NCBI GenBank assembly: GCA_964487115.1
Contig: CAZAPD010000080.1
Location: 1 to 11,685, forward strand
Direction: 5' to 3'
Length of the DNA stretch: 11,685 nucleotides
Origin: an uncultured Thermococci archaeon
Lineage (GTDB): Archaea; Methanobacteriota_B; Thermococci; Thermococcales; Thermococcaceae
Below are positions 1-8,631 of this stretch, one piece after another. The translations under genes were made by a program, and so were the position numbers. How positions within the stretch are numbered: position 1 is the stretch's first letter; each line of letters begins with the position of its first letter. The notes below the pieces were generated by a model that was not told where the DNA came from, did no database searches, and saw only the letters and a list, made by a program, of their open reading frames with translations.

Positions 1-111
1 GCGTGGGCAAACTCCGGTTGTGAAAAGGACGAGCTTCTCACCCCTAACGCAGAGCTGGCAACCTTTGGGAAGTTTTCCCACGAGGTATGAAAAGTAAGGT
101 GTCTCCCTCAT
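1..111 (-). CDS. Radical SAM protein, N-terminal 37 codons (truncated by window start)
   Basis: Not in ORF track. Reverse complement of 111..1 reads [37 protein letters not shown]. The GCxLCxxGxKLVLFxTGxCPR pattern is typical of the archaeal radical SAM family (COG2108-like) and leads into the CxxxCxxC motif. SD-like AGGTGA lies at 119-114, and there is an alternative in-frame GTG at 117. Confidence 0.85.
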   Translation of the reverse strand, partial: MRETPYFSYLVGKLPKGCQLCVRGEKLVLFTTGVCPR

Positions 112-137
112 TGTCACCTGAGATTGTTGGGGATAGG

Positions 138-147
138 ACTTAAAAAG
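138..147. promoter_or_regulatory. Putative TATA box in the 57-bp divergent intergenic region (radical SAM gene / rnp2)
   Basis: ACTTAAAAAG on plus (CTTTTTAAGT on minus) is the only TATA-like A/T tract between the two divergent starts. It sits about 25 bp upstream of the rnp2 ATG at 169. Confidence 0.5.
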
Positions 148-168
148 ATTGGTTTCCCAGATATGTGC

Positions 169-531
169 ATGAAGGAAAGACCTAAAACTCTCCCTCCAAC
201 CATGAGAGATAAACATCGCTATATAGCTTTTCAGGTAATCGGGGAAAGGCCCTTCAAGAAGGAAGAAGTAAGAAAGGCTGTGTGGGATACCTGTCTTTCA
301 GCCCTCGGAACTCTTGGTTCGGCAAGGGCAAAGCCGTGGTTGATAAAATTTGATGAAAAAAGTCAGACTGGAATCATCAGGGTTGACAGGAAGCATGTTG
401 AGGAAGTGCAATTTGCGCTGACACTAATCGTCGAAATAAACGGATCATATGCGATTTTCAGAACTTTTGGTGTTTCTGGAACAATAAAAAGATTGAAAAT
501 GAAGTTTCTTAAGAAATTCGGCTGGCGTTAG
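169..531 (+). CDS. rnp2: Ribonuclease P protein component 2 (Pop5/Rpp14 family), 120 aa
   Basis: [25 protein letters not shown] and [10 protein letters not shown] are Pop5-family motifs. The start was moved from TTG 124 to ATG 169 (MKERPK), which gives the typical ~120 aa length. Confidence 0.95.
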   Translation: MKERPKTLPPTMRDKHRYIAFQVIGERPFKKEEVRKAVWDTCLSALGTLGSARAKPWLIKFDEKSQTGIIRVDRKHVEEVQFALTLIVEINGSYAIFRTFGVSGTIKRLKMKFLKKFGWR

Positions 532-1868
532 CGGATGAAGGATATGGCTTTATCTGCGTTATCTCTATAGACCTTCACATACCTTTTGCAAGCTGACTCC
601 CATGTGAATTCTTTGACTCTTGCCTTTCCATTCGCTCTTAATCTGCTCAGGGTTTCATCATCAAGTTCCTTTGCCCTTATCATTGCCCTGGCTAGGGCAA
701 ATGAATCTCTTGGAGGAACGAGGATTCCAGTGGCGTTCTCAGGATCAGTGTCTATGTCGATTATAGTGTCCTTTATGCCTCCGACAGCTGAACCAATTGG
801 TACAGCACCGAGGCACATCGCTTCAAGCTGAACGAGTCCAAAAGGTTCAAAGTATGAAGGAATCACGACGAAATCTACAGAGCCGTAAAGCTCTCTGGCC
901 TCTTCCCTCTTGAGAAGTCTCGTCACAGCCTTAAAGTTGGGGAAGCGGTTTTCCATTGCATGTGCCCATCTTTCGAGTCCGGGATCGCCCTTGCCTATCA
1001 CTATAAAGCGCATTTCATTGAACGCGGGATCTTTAGAGAGCAGCTCTATTGCATGAAAGAGCGTATCAACGCCCTTCTGAGCTTTGTCAAAGCGCCCTAT
1101 GAACATGAATGCCTTTCCATCGCTCATGCCAAATTTTTCAAGGATTTTCTTTCTGCGCTCCTTTCTGTCCCCACTTAGAAATGTCTCGTTCCAGAAGGAG
1201 CAGTCTATGCCATTGAAGACATGGGTTACTTTGCCTTCAAACATTCCAAAGAATCCCCACTCCTCCCACATATAACTCCTGCTGACGGTTGTTACTGCAT
1301 CTGCTATGTATGCGAGTGTGTGCTCGGGGTCAATGTCTGGATAGGGGGCCAGCTCCCCAACATGAGCATCATGGAAGAAATGGCCGGGTATCTTGGCCTT
1401 GTTGAGCCTGTGTATTGTTGCAGTTAGGGGGATGTGGAAGTACTTTTTGATGAGGGCCGCTGCAAAAACCGTGTGCCAGTCATGAGCATGCACAGCCTTG
1501 GGCTTTTCTTCGTTCTTCAGAAGCTCATTGAGCAGGCCTGCACTTGCCTTTCCAAAATGAACAGTCTTTTGGAGCAAGCCTTCCCATCCCGGACCATAGA
1601 CATCGGAATTATCAAGGAGAACATCACTTAGGGCAAATACTCTAACACCGTTCTGGTTCCGTTCATAGGCTTTAACCTCGAATTCCCCTCCAAACGCTGA
1701 GATTCTGAATGTTGCTACCTGTTTTCCTTCAATGCGGCCGTGTGAAGGGGTGAAGACAAGAACTTCATGTCCCAGTTTTGCCAGTCCTTCCGCTATGCTT
1801 GTAACTGCCTCTGCCAGCCCACCTACTTTTACGGGTAGGTATTCAAATGCAAGCAGTAGCACCTTCAT
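528..1868 (-). CDS. glgA: Glycogen synthase (GT5, GT-B fold), 446 aa
   Basis: Contains KVGGL (KxGGL donor-binding motif), HAHDWH, NGID, FIGRFDxxQKG and [15 protein letters not shown]. Start chosen at ATG 1868, preceded by SD-like AGGTGG overlapping the upstream stop. Overlaps the rnp2 stop convergently by 4 bp. Confidence 0.95.
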   Translation of the reverse strand: MKVLLLAFEYLPVKVGGLAEAVTSIAEGLAKLGHEVLVFTPSHGRIEGKQVATFRISAFGGEFEVKAYERNQNGVRVFALSDVLLDNSDVYGPGWEGLLQKTVHFGKASAGLLNELLKNEEKPKAVHAHDWHTVFAAALIKKYFHIPLTATIHRLNKAKIPGHFFHDAHVGELAPYPDIDPEHTLAYIADAVTTVSRSYMWEEWGFFGMFEGKVTHVFNGIDCSFWNETFLSGDRKERRKKILEKFGMSDGKAFMFIGRFDKAQKGVDTLFHAIELLSKDPAFNEMRFIVIGKGDPGLERWAHAMENRFPNFKAVTRLLKREEARELYGSVDFVVIPSYFEPFGLVQLEAMCLGAVPIGSAVGGIKDTIIDIDTDPENATGILVPPRDSFALARAMIRAKELDDETLSRLRANGKARVKEFTWESACKRYVKVYRDNADKAISFIR

Positions 1869-1877
1869 CTTAACCAC

Positions 1878-2903
1878 CTACTCAAGGAGTATGAACTTTT
1901 CGCCTTCTATATCTTCAAAGTAGCTTCCAAGCCCGCCAACCTTCCATTCCCGTCCGGGTTTGTCTCGGACTGTTATGCTTGCGGTCAGGGGCGTGTATTC
2001 ATATTCGACTATCTGGCCTTCGAGGTTTATAGGCTCTTTACTCTCAACGAGTCTGCCTACAATTTCGACCTTCTTCGGAAGAGAGGTGTGCTTGAGGACA
2101 GTTATGAGTGTCCTTATATTGACCAGACTTAACGGCTTTCCAATTTTTTCATATTCTATCGGCTTAACAACTTTGCTGTTGTCTAAGTAAATTGTGTAGA
2201 ACCAGTGCATGTAGTTCTGGATTATCTTTGGACTCTTGGCCCAGAATGAATAGAACTTCTCTTTCCGTTTATCCCGGGGCAATGCTCCAAAGAATAGGGC
2301 ATAATCCATATCACCTATTATCCAGCTGGCCATAAGCCATGGAGCTCCTCCACTTTTAGCTAGGATCACGTTATCTTTCTTGAGCCATTCAGGGACTTCA
2401 TCGAAGTTGCTTATAATCACAAATACAATATCCTTTCGTTTCTTTATCTCTTCTCTGAGAAGCCAAAGGAATTCAAAGGGTGTGTTAATTAGCACTTCAT
2501 ATTTTGCTGTTCGTATGATATATTCTGCCCTTTCGAGTGTGTTTTCAAAGCCATGTATCGTCCAGATTTCCGGCAGTTCTTCACCGTGTACTGAACGATA
2601 TAATTCAAGAAAGGCTCCCTTTAATGAATCGATGTCCTTTATAAACTCCTCCTTAAGTTTTTCGAGTACAACCTCAGGGTTAACCGGTTTATAGAGTCTT
2701 GGAGTGCCATGCATCACATCAACAAACCCCTTTCTGTGGAGGGAACTCAGGACATCATAGACCCTTGTGTGCGGAATGCCACTTTCCTTTGTTACATCTG
2801 TTGCCTTACAGGGGCCAAGCTTTAGAAGGGTTATATATGCCAAACTTTCATACTTGGTTAGCCCGAGCTTCTGCAATTTTTCAATAATCTCTTCCTCGTT
2901 CAT
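1878..2903 (-). CDS. trmBL1: TrmB-family global regulator of sugar metabolism TrmBL1/Tgr, 341 aa
   Basis: N-terminal TrmB winged HTH (LGLTKYESLAYITLL...SGIPHTRVYDVLSSLHRKGFV) and C-terminal effector-binding domain ending VGGLGSYFEDIEG. Start at ATG 2903 behind SD GGAGG. Located next to the mdx operon and TGM sites. Confidence 0.9.
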   Translation of the reverse strand: MNEEEIIEKLQKLGLTKYESLAYITLLKLGPCKATDVTKESGIPHTRVYDVLSSLHRKGFVDVMHGTPRLYKPVNPEVVLEKLKEEFIKDIDSLKGAFLELYRSVHGEELPEIWTIHGFENTLERAEYIIRTAKYEVLINTPFEFLWLLREEIKKRKDIVFVIISNFDEVPEWLKKDNVILAKSGGAPWLMASWIIGDMDYALFFGALPRDKRKEKFYSFWAKSPKIIQNYMHWFYTIYLDNSKVVKPIEYEKIGKPLSLVNIRTLITVLKHTSLPKKVEIVGRLVESKEPINLEGQIVEYEYTPLTASITVRDKPGREWKVGGLGSYFEDIEGEKFILLE

Positions 2904-2941
2904 ATTCACGCCTCCAAAGATTTTAATATTCACTTGCACCA

Positions 2942-2949
2942 GTTTAAAC
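2942..2949. promoter_or_regulatory. Putative TATA box (palindromic GTTTAAAC) of the divergent trmBL1 / cyclomaltodextrinase promoter
   Basis: The TTTAAA core lies about 40 bp from both start codons (2903 and 2985). Confidence 0.55.
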
Positions 2950-2962
2950 ATCGGCAGTGATA
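2946..2962. promoter_or_regulatory. Degenerate TGM (Thermococcales glycolytic motif) operator
   Basis: AAACAT-CGGCA-GTGATA compared with consensus TATCAC-N5-GTGATA: perfect right half, 3/6 left half, overlapping the TATA box. Confidence 0.5.
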
Positions 2963-2984
2963 CTGAAATAGGGTGGTGATTAAT

Positions 2985-4898
2985 ATGTATAAAACTTTCG
3001 CATTCAGGAATGATGATATCTTAGGGAAGGTGGCCTTCGTTGAATTTTCAATCCCGCAGGAGGGAGATTATGCCTATCTCCTTGGAAACTTCAATGCTTT
3101 CAATGAGGGCAGTTTTAGAATGAAGACGAAGAGCGATAGATGGAGCATAAAGGTTGAGTTGCCTGAAGGAATGTGGTATTATGCCTTTTCGATTGGAGGA
3201 ACCAAAACTCCTGATCCTGAGAATCCCGAAAAGGCGTTTTACAGAAGGCTTTCTTACAAGATGGAAGATGAAGTAAGTATTGCAAGGATTTTCTCCGGTG
3301 AAGAATTCTATCACCACCCCTCTCTTACGTATCTTTACTCCTTTGGCGATAAGACCTATGTGCGCTTCAGAGTATTAAAAGGAAAAGCACAGAGAGTATA
3401 TCTCATATCCGGGGATAAAATGGAAATGAGGAAAAAAGCCAGTGATGATCTCTTTGATTATTTTGAAGTGACTCTGCCCATGAGGGAGGAATTAGAGTAT
3501 CACTTTGAGATACATACCCAAGAGGGAGTTGTGGAGTATGGAGATTTTAGGGCATGTCCCAAAGAGTATTCCTTCCCAAAATGGATACTTAACAGGGTTT
3601 TCTACCAGATAATGCCCGATCGCTTTGCAGGGGAGGGGAAGAGAGGTAATCTCCGGGAAATCCTGCAGAAACTTGGCCATATTATGGGACTTGGTGTAAA
3701 TGCCCTCTATCTAACTCCAATCTTTGAATCCACAACATATCACGGTTATGATATCACAGATTATTATCATGTGAGCCACAGGTTGGGGGGAGATGAAGCT
3801 TTTAATAGGCTTGTGAAAGAGCTGAAAAAAAGTGACATCAGGTTAATTCTCGATGGGGTTTTCCATCACACAAGCTTCTTCCATCCCTATTTTCAGGATG
3901 TTGTTAGAAATGGCAGGAAGAGCAGATACAGGGATTTTTATCGTATTACTCGTTTTCCTGTGATATCTGGGGAATTCCTGAAGGTTCTCGACTCTGAGGA
4001 GTCGGAAAAGGATAAATCAAAAAAACTCAAAAAACTTGGTTGGAACTATGAGAGCTTCTTCTCAGTCTGGTTGATGCCTCGCCTCAATCATAAGAATCCA
4101 GAGGTCAGGGAATTTATCATTGATGTTATGAATTACTGGCTTGATAGAGGTGCTGATGGATGGCGGCTTGATGTCGCTCATGGCGTTCCACCCGAGCTGT
4201 GGCTGGAAGTTAGGGAAAAAATGTCTAAGAATGTATATCTCCTTGGTGAAGTTATGGACGATGCCAGACTCTGGATCTTTGATAAATTTCATGGAACGAT
4301 GAACTATCCCCTCTACGAAGCCTTCCTGAGATTCTTTGTTTACAGTGAAATGAATGCGGAGGAGTTCCTAAACTGGATTGAGCTCCTGAGTTCATATTAT
4401 GGGCCTGCTGAGTTTCTTATGTATAACTTTCTGGACAATCACGATGTGGAGCGTTTTCTTGGACTTGTTAATGATAAGAGAAAGTACCTCTGTGCGCTTG
4501 CCTTTTTGATGACATACAAAGGTGTCCCCTCAATATACTATGGGGATGAGGTAGGTCTCGAGAACACGGATGGGTCTCCTATGGAGCGTTCAAGGGCTCC
4601 AATGATATGGAACCCTGTGGAGTGGGATCGTGAGATACTTGAAGTTACAAAAGCATTGATAGCGTTGCGGCGTAAGAGCAAGGCCCTTCAGATGGGAACA
4701 TTTAAGCCATTGATTTTTAGAAATGGGTTGCTGGTTTATGAAAGGAGGTATGGGGATGAAAGGATTTTAGTTGCCATTAACTATTCAAATACCAAACAGC
4801 AGATTGAATTGACTCCAGATTACAAACCTTTGGTTGGTCATTTAGATAGTAATTATCTCAATTCTTGGTCATTTTGTATATTTCAACTCTCTCCTTAG
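2985..4898 (+). CDS. Intracellular GH13 cyclomaltodextrinase / maltogenic amylase (neopullulanase subfamily) with N-terminal CBM48-like domain, 637 aa
   Basis: GH13 conserved regions DGVFHH, DGWRLDVAH (nucleophile D396), GEVMD (E422) and FLDNHD (D487), plus FYQIMPDRF, YHGYD and MPRLN. Archaeal extra N' domain (YAYLLGNFNAFNEGSF). No signal peptide. ATG 2985 follows SD GGTGGTGA. Confidence 0.93.
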   Translation: MYKTFAFRNDDILGKVAFVEFSIPQEGDYAYLLGNFNAFNEGSFRMKTKSDRWSIKVELPEGMWYYAFSIGGTKTPDPENPEKAFYRRLSYKMEDEVSIARIFSGEEFYHHPSLTYLYSFGDKTYVRFRVLKGKAQRVYLISGDKMEMRKKASDDLFDYFEVTLPMREELEYHFEIHTQEGVVEYGDFRACPKEYSFPKWILNRVFYQIMPDRFAGEGKRGNLREILQKLGHIMGLGVNALYLTPIFESTTYHGYDITDYYHVSHRLGGDEAFNRLVKELKKSDIRLILDGVFHHTSFFHPYFQDVVRNGRKSRYRDFYRITRFPVISGEFLKVLDSEESEKDKSKKLKKLGWNYESFFSVWLMPRLNHKNPEVREFIIDVMNYWLDRGADGWRLDVAHGVPPELWLEVREKMSKNVYLLGEVMDDARLWIFDKFHGTMNYPLYEAFLRFFVYSEMNAEEFLNWIELLSSYYGPAEFLMYNFLDNHDVERFLGLVNDKRKYLCALAFLMTYKGVPSIYYGDEVGLENTDGSPMERSRAPMIWNPVEWDREILEVTKALIALRRKSKALQMGTFKPLIFRNGLLVYERRYGDERILVAINYSNTKQQIELTPDYKPLVGHLDSNYLNSWSFCIFQLSP

Positions 4899-4938
4899 AA
4901 GCCAACTTTGAACATGTGTCATAAACATGCACACAGAA

Positions 4939-4954
4939 GCGCAAGGTATATATA
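4939..4954 (+). promoter_or_regulatory. BRE/TATA promoter of the mdxE operon
   Basis: GCGCAAGG followed by TATATATA (4947-4954), about 50 bp upstream of the mdxE ATG. Confidence 0.7.
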
Positions 4955-4969
4955 TCACTGACGATGATA
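4953..4969. promoter_or_regulatory. TGM operator (TrmBL1 binding site), repressor geometry
   Basis: TATCAC-TGACG-ATGATA matches 11/12 positions of TATCAC-N5-GTGATA and lies directly downstream of and overlapping the TATA box. Confidence 0.88.
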
Positions 4970-4999
4970 CTAATACACCGAAGTCATGATAGGTGATAA

Positions 5000-6346
<1,347 letters not shown>

Positions 6347-6353
6347 TCTGGAA

Positions 6354-6375
6354 CTTTTCTTTTCTTCAATATTTT
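6354..6375 (+). terminator. Putative oligo(T) partial terminator / processing signal between mdxE and mdxF
   Basis: CTTTTCTTTTCTTCAATATTTT begins 8 nt after the mdxE stop. Archaeal intrinsic terminators are T-rich tracts. Confidence 0.5.
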
Positions 6376-6393
6376 GATTGAGGGGGTGTAAAG

Positions 6394-7296
6394 ATGCGTA
6401 AGAGAACCATGGCTGCTCTTGCTCTAATCCTACCCGGACTGGCAGCATTCTTGTTTTTCAACATATATCCTATACTCTACTCTATATACATAGCTTTCAC
6501 AAATGCACAACTTGGGAATTTCCCAATACAGGCACCAGATGCCCCAAAGCTTCAGTTTGTGGGCTTAGAAAATTTCAAATGGGCCTTAGGTGATAGCGGT
6601 TTTAGAAATGCATTTTTATGGACGTGGATTTTTGTTGCTACGAGCGTGACGCTTAAAGTCGTTGTTGGTGTGTTTCTCAGTGTTTTGTATAATAATAAGT
6701 ACGTGAAGGGGAAGTTCTTCTATAGAGCTTTATTGATAATTCCTTGGGCTCTTCCATTGCTATTCTCGGTTATGGTGTGGCGTTTTATGTTCGATCCTGT
6801 GGTGGGACCAATAAATATAATCCTCAAGGATATTGGTATAATGAACCCTCCCGACTGGACGGCCAGTGCCACGTGGGGCTTCGTGGCGCTGAACATTATT
6901 GAAGTATGGCTTGCGTATCCTTTCATGATGACTGTCATAACCTCGGCACTACAATCTGTACCTGATACCTTAATCGAGGCTGCAATTATAGATGGAGCAG
7001 GTTATTGGCAGAGACTCACAAAGGTTGTTATCCCAATAGTCAGCAAGCCCATAGCATTTGCCACAATACTGACCTCAGCGGCGAGCTTCCAGTACTTCCT
7101 CGTGCCGTTCATATATAATGGAGGTTTATTCCAAGATAGATTTCTCCTGCTATATGGTTATATGAAGGCTTTTGGTTCGGCTAGACCCCACTATGGCAAA
7201 GCTGCGGCTGTTCTGCTGATTGCCACAATAGTACTTGCTGCTTATATGCTGATTAGTATGAAAATTACAAAGCTTCAGAAGGGGGCAGAAGCATGA
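6394..7296 (+). CDS. mdxF: Maltodextrin ABC transporter permease (MalF-like), 300 aa
   Basis: Multiple hydrophobic TM segments, FVGLENF, RALLIIPWALP and EAA motif EAAIIDGA. ATGA overlap with the next gene. Confidence 0.92.
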   Translation: MRKRTMAALALILPGLAAFLFFNIYPILYSIYIAFTNAQLGNFPIQAPDAPKLQFVGLENFKWALGDSGFRNAFLWTWIFVATSVTLKVVVGVFLSVLYNNKYVKGKFFYRALLIIPWALPLLFSVMVWRFMFDPVVGPINIILKDIGIMNPPDWTASATWGFVALNIIEVWLAYPFMMTVITSALQSVPDTLIEAAIIDGAGYWQRLTKVVIPIVSKPIAFATILTSAASFQYFLVPFIYNGGLFQDRFLLLYGYMKAFGSARPHYGKAAAVLLIATIVLAAYMLISMKITKLQKGAEA

Positions 7297-8621
7297 AGTT
7301 GAGAAAGGATGAACTTGGGAAGACAGTTGCAATGACCCTTTTAGCGTTGATTGTCATGGGACTTTTACTGTTTCCCGTTTATTACATTTTCACGATTTCT
7401 TTAAAGCCCTCTGGAGCTCTGGCAACAACACATCTGGAACTAATTCCACGGAATATAACTTTGGAAAACTATAAGGAGATTTTATTTGGGCATGAAGAGG
7501 GATTATTGAAAACAAAGCAATTCACACTCACAACAAAGGATGCAGTAATTACTGATCCCCTGAATAGGTTTAGTATGGAAATAAAGAATGGTAAGATACA
7601 GGGGAAAATTTCTTCGGCGAGATTTTCATTGTCGGACATAAAAATAAAGGAGAGAAAAGGAGGAACTGAAAAAACCAGGGAAGATGGATCAAAATTAATT
7701 ATAGGGGGTCAATATCTTTTAATGAAAGCTGGCAGAGTAAGCGCTGTGCTCGGAGTTCGTAACATAAATGTCTCAGGAGAAAAGATTATACTGACAGTAA
7801 GGGATACGAAGAACCTTCCAGTTGACCTATCCAAGTTCAAAAAAATAGGTAATAGTACATATGTAGCCAAGGGAGAGACAATATTCCTACCGCAGGGAGG
7901 GAAGATTGATGCTCGCGACAGTATATTAGAAGCCAAGAACTTTGAGTATATCATGATGTCAAAGATAGGAGGCAATGTTTGGGGATACATGAAGAGGAGC
8001 CTCATAATAGCCTCGCTCACTGTACTGCTGACTCTGCTCCTCGTCATACCATCGGCCTATTCATTTTCGAGGCTGAAGTTCTTTGGAAGGGAACATACCC
8101 TCTATTTCTACCTGATGTTCACACAGGTCTCAGGCGGTCTTGGAATAGCAGGACTGGTGGCGCTCTATGGAATGCTCGTTAAACTTCACATGACTAACAA
8201 CATATACGTGCTCCCGATAATATACTCTGCAGGAAGTGTGCCATTCAATACATGGCTTCTCAAGGGGTATCTCGACTCCATTTCAACTGATTTTGATGAA
8301 GCAGCATTGGTTGACGGCGCCAGTTATCTTCAGATCATACGACATGTGCTCATTCCAATGGCTCTGCCGGGAATAGCTACAGTTGCGATATTTGCATTCA
8401 TTGGAGGATGGACAGAGCTTATCCTTGCTAACCTGCTCCTCAGCGAGGAGAACTATCCTCTGACAGTGTGGCTCTATACGATGCTCGCAGACCTGAGATC
8501 GATTTCATGGAATCAGTTTGCGGCTGCGGCTCTTATATTTGCCCTGCCTGTCTTTATAATGTTCCTGCTTTCCCAGAACTACATAAGGAGTGGATTAACT
8601 CTTGGTGGTTTGAAGGAATGA
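7293..8621 (+). CDS. mdxG: Maltodextrin ABC transporter permease (MalG-like) with large soluble insertion, 442 aa
   Basis: TLENY, AYSFSRLKFFGR and WLLKGYLDSI..DFDEAALVDGA (EAA motif), ending in the typical MalG C-terminus GLTLGGLKE. Confidence 0.92.
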   Translation: MKLRKDELGKTVAMTLLALIVMGLLLFPVYYIFTISLKPSGALATTHLELIPRNITLENYKEILFGHEEGLLKTKQFTLTTKDAVITDPLNRFSMEIKNGKIQGKISSARFSLSDIKIKERKGGTEKTREDGSKLIIGGQYLLMKAGRVSAVLGVRNINVSGEKIILTVRDTKNLPVDLSKFKKIGNSTYVAKGETIFLPQGGKIDARDSILEAKNFEYIMMSKIGGNVWGYMKRSLIIASLTVLLTLLLVIPSAYSFSRLKFFGREHTLYFYLMFTQVSGGLGIAGLVALYGMLVKLHMTNNIYVLPIIYSAGSVPFNTWLLKGYLDSISTDFDEAALVDGASYLQIIRHVLIPMALPGIATVAIFAFIGGWTELILANLLLSEENYPLTVWLYTMLADLRSISWNQFAAAALIFALPVFIMFLLSQNYIRSGLTLGGLKE

Positions 8622-8631
8622 GGTGGTGTAT

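Noticed and set aside
1..168. Possible RNase P RNA or other ncRNA next to rnp2
   Set aside because: No GAGGAAAGUCC-type RNase P signature. The region is explained by a minus-strand radical SAM CDS and a promoter.
124..168. N-terminal extensions in the ORF track (rnp2 from 124, glgA from 1877, trmBL1 from 2951, CDase from 2973)
   Set aside because: These extensions run through promoter or SD sequences. Downstream ATGs fit SD spacing or family length better.
2902..2933. Direct repeat ATATTCAC at 2902-2909 and 2926-2933
   Set aside because: Resembles a TGM half-site but neither copy has a partner half at N5 spacing. One copy overlaps the start codon and SD region, so it is likely chance.
586..2979. 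Short plus-strand ORFs opposite glgA and trmBL1
   Set aside because: Antisense shadows of real genes with no recognisable motifs.
3738..3753. TATCAC-GGTT-ATGATA TGM-like palindrome inside the CDase gene
   Set aside because: The spacer is 4 rather than 5, and the sequence is dictated by the conserved YHGYD coding motif.
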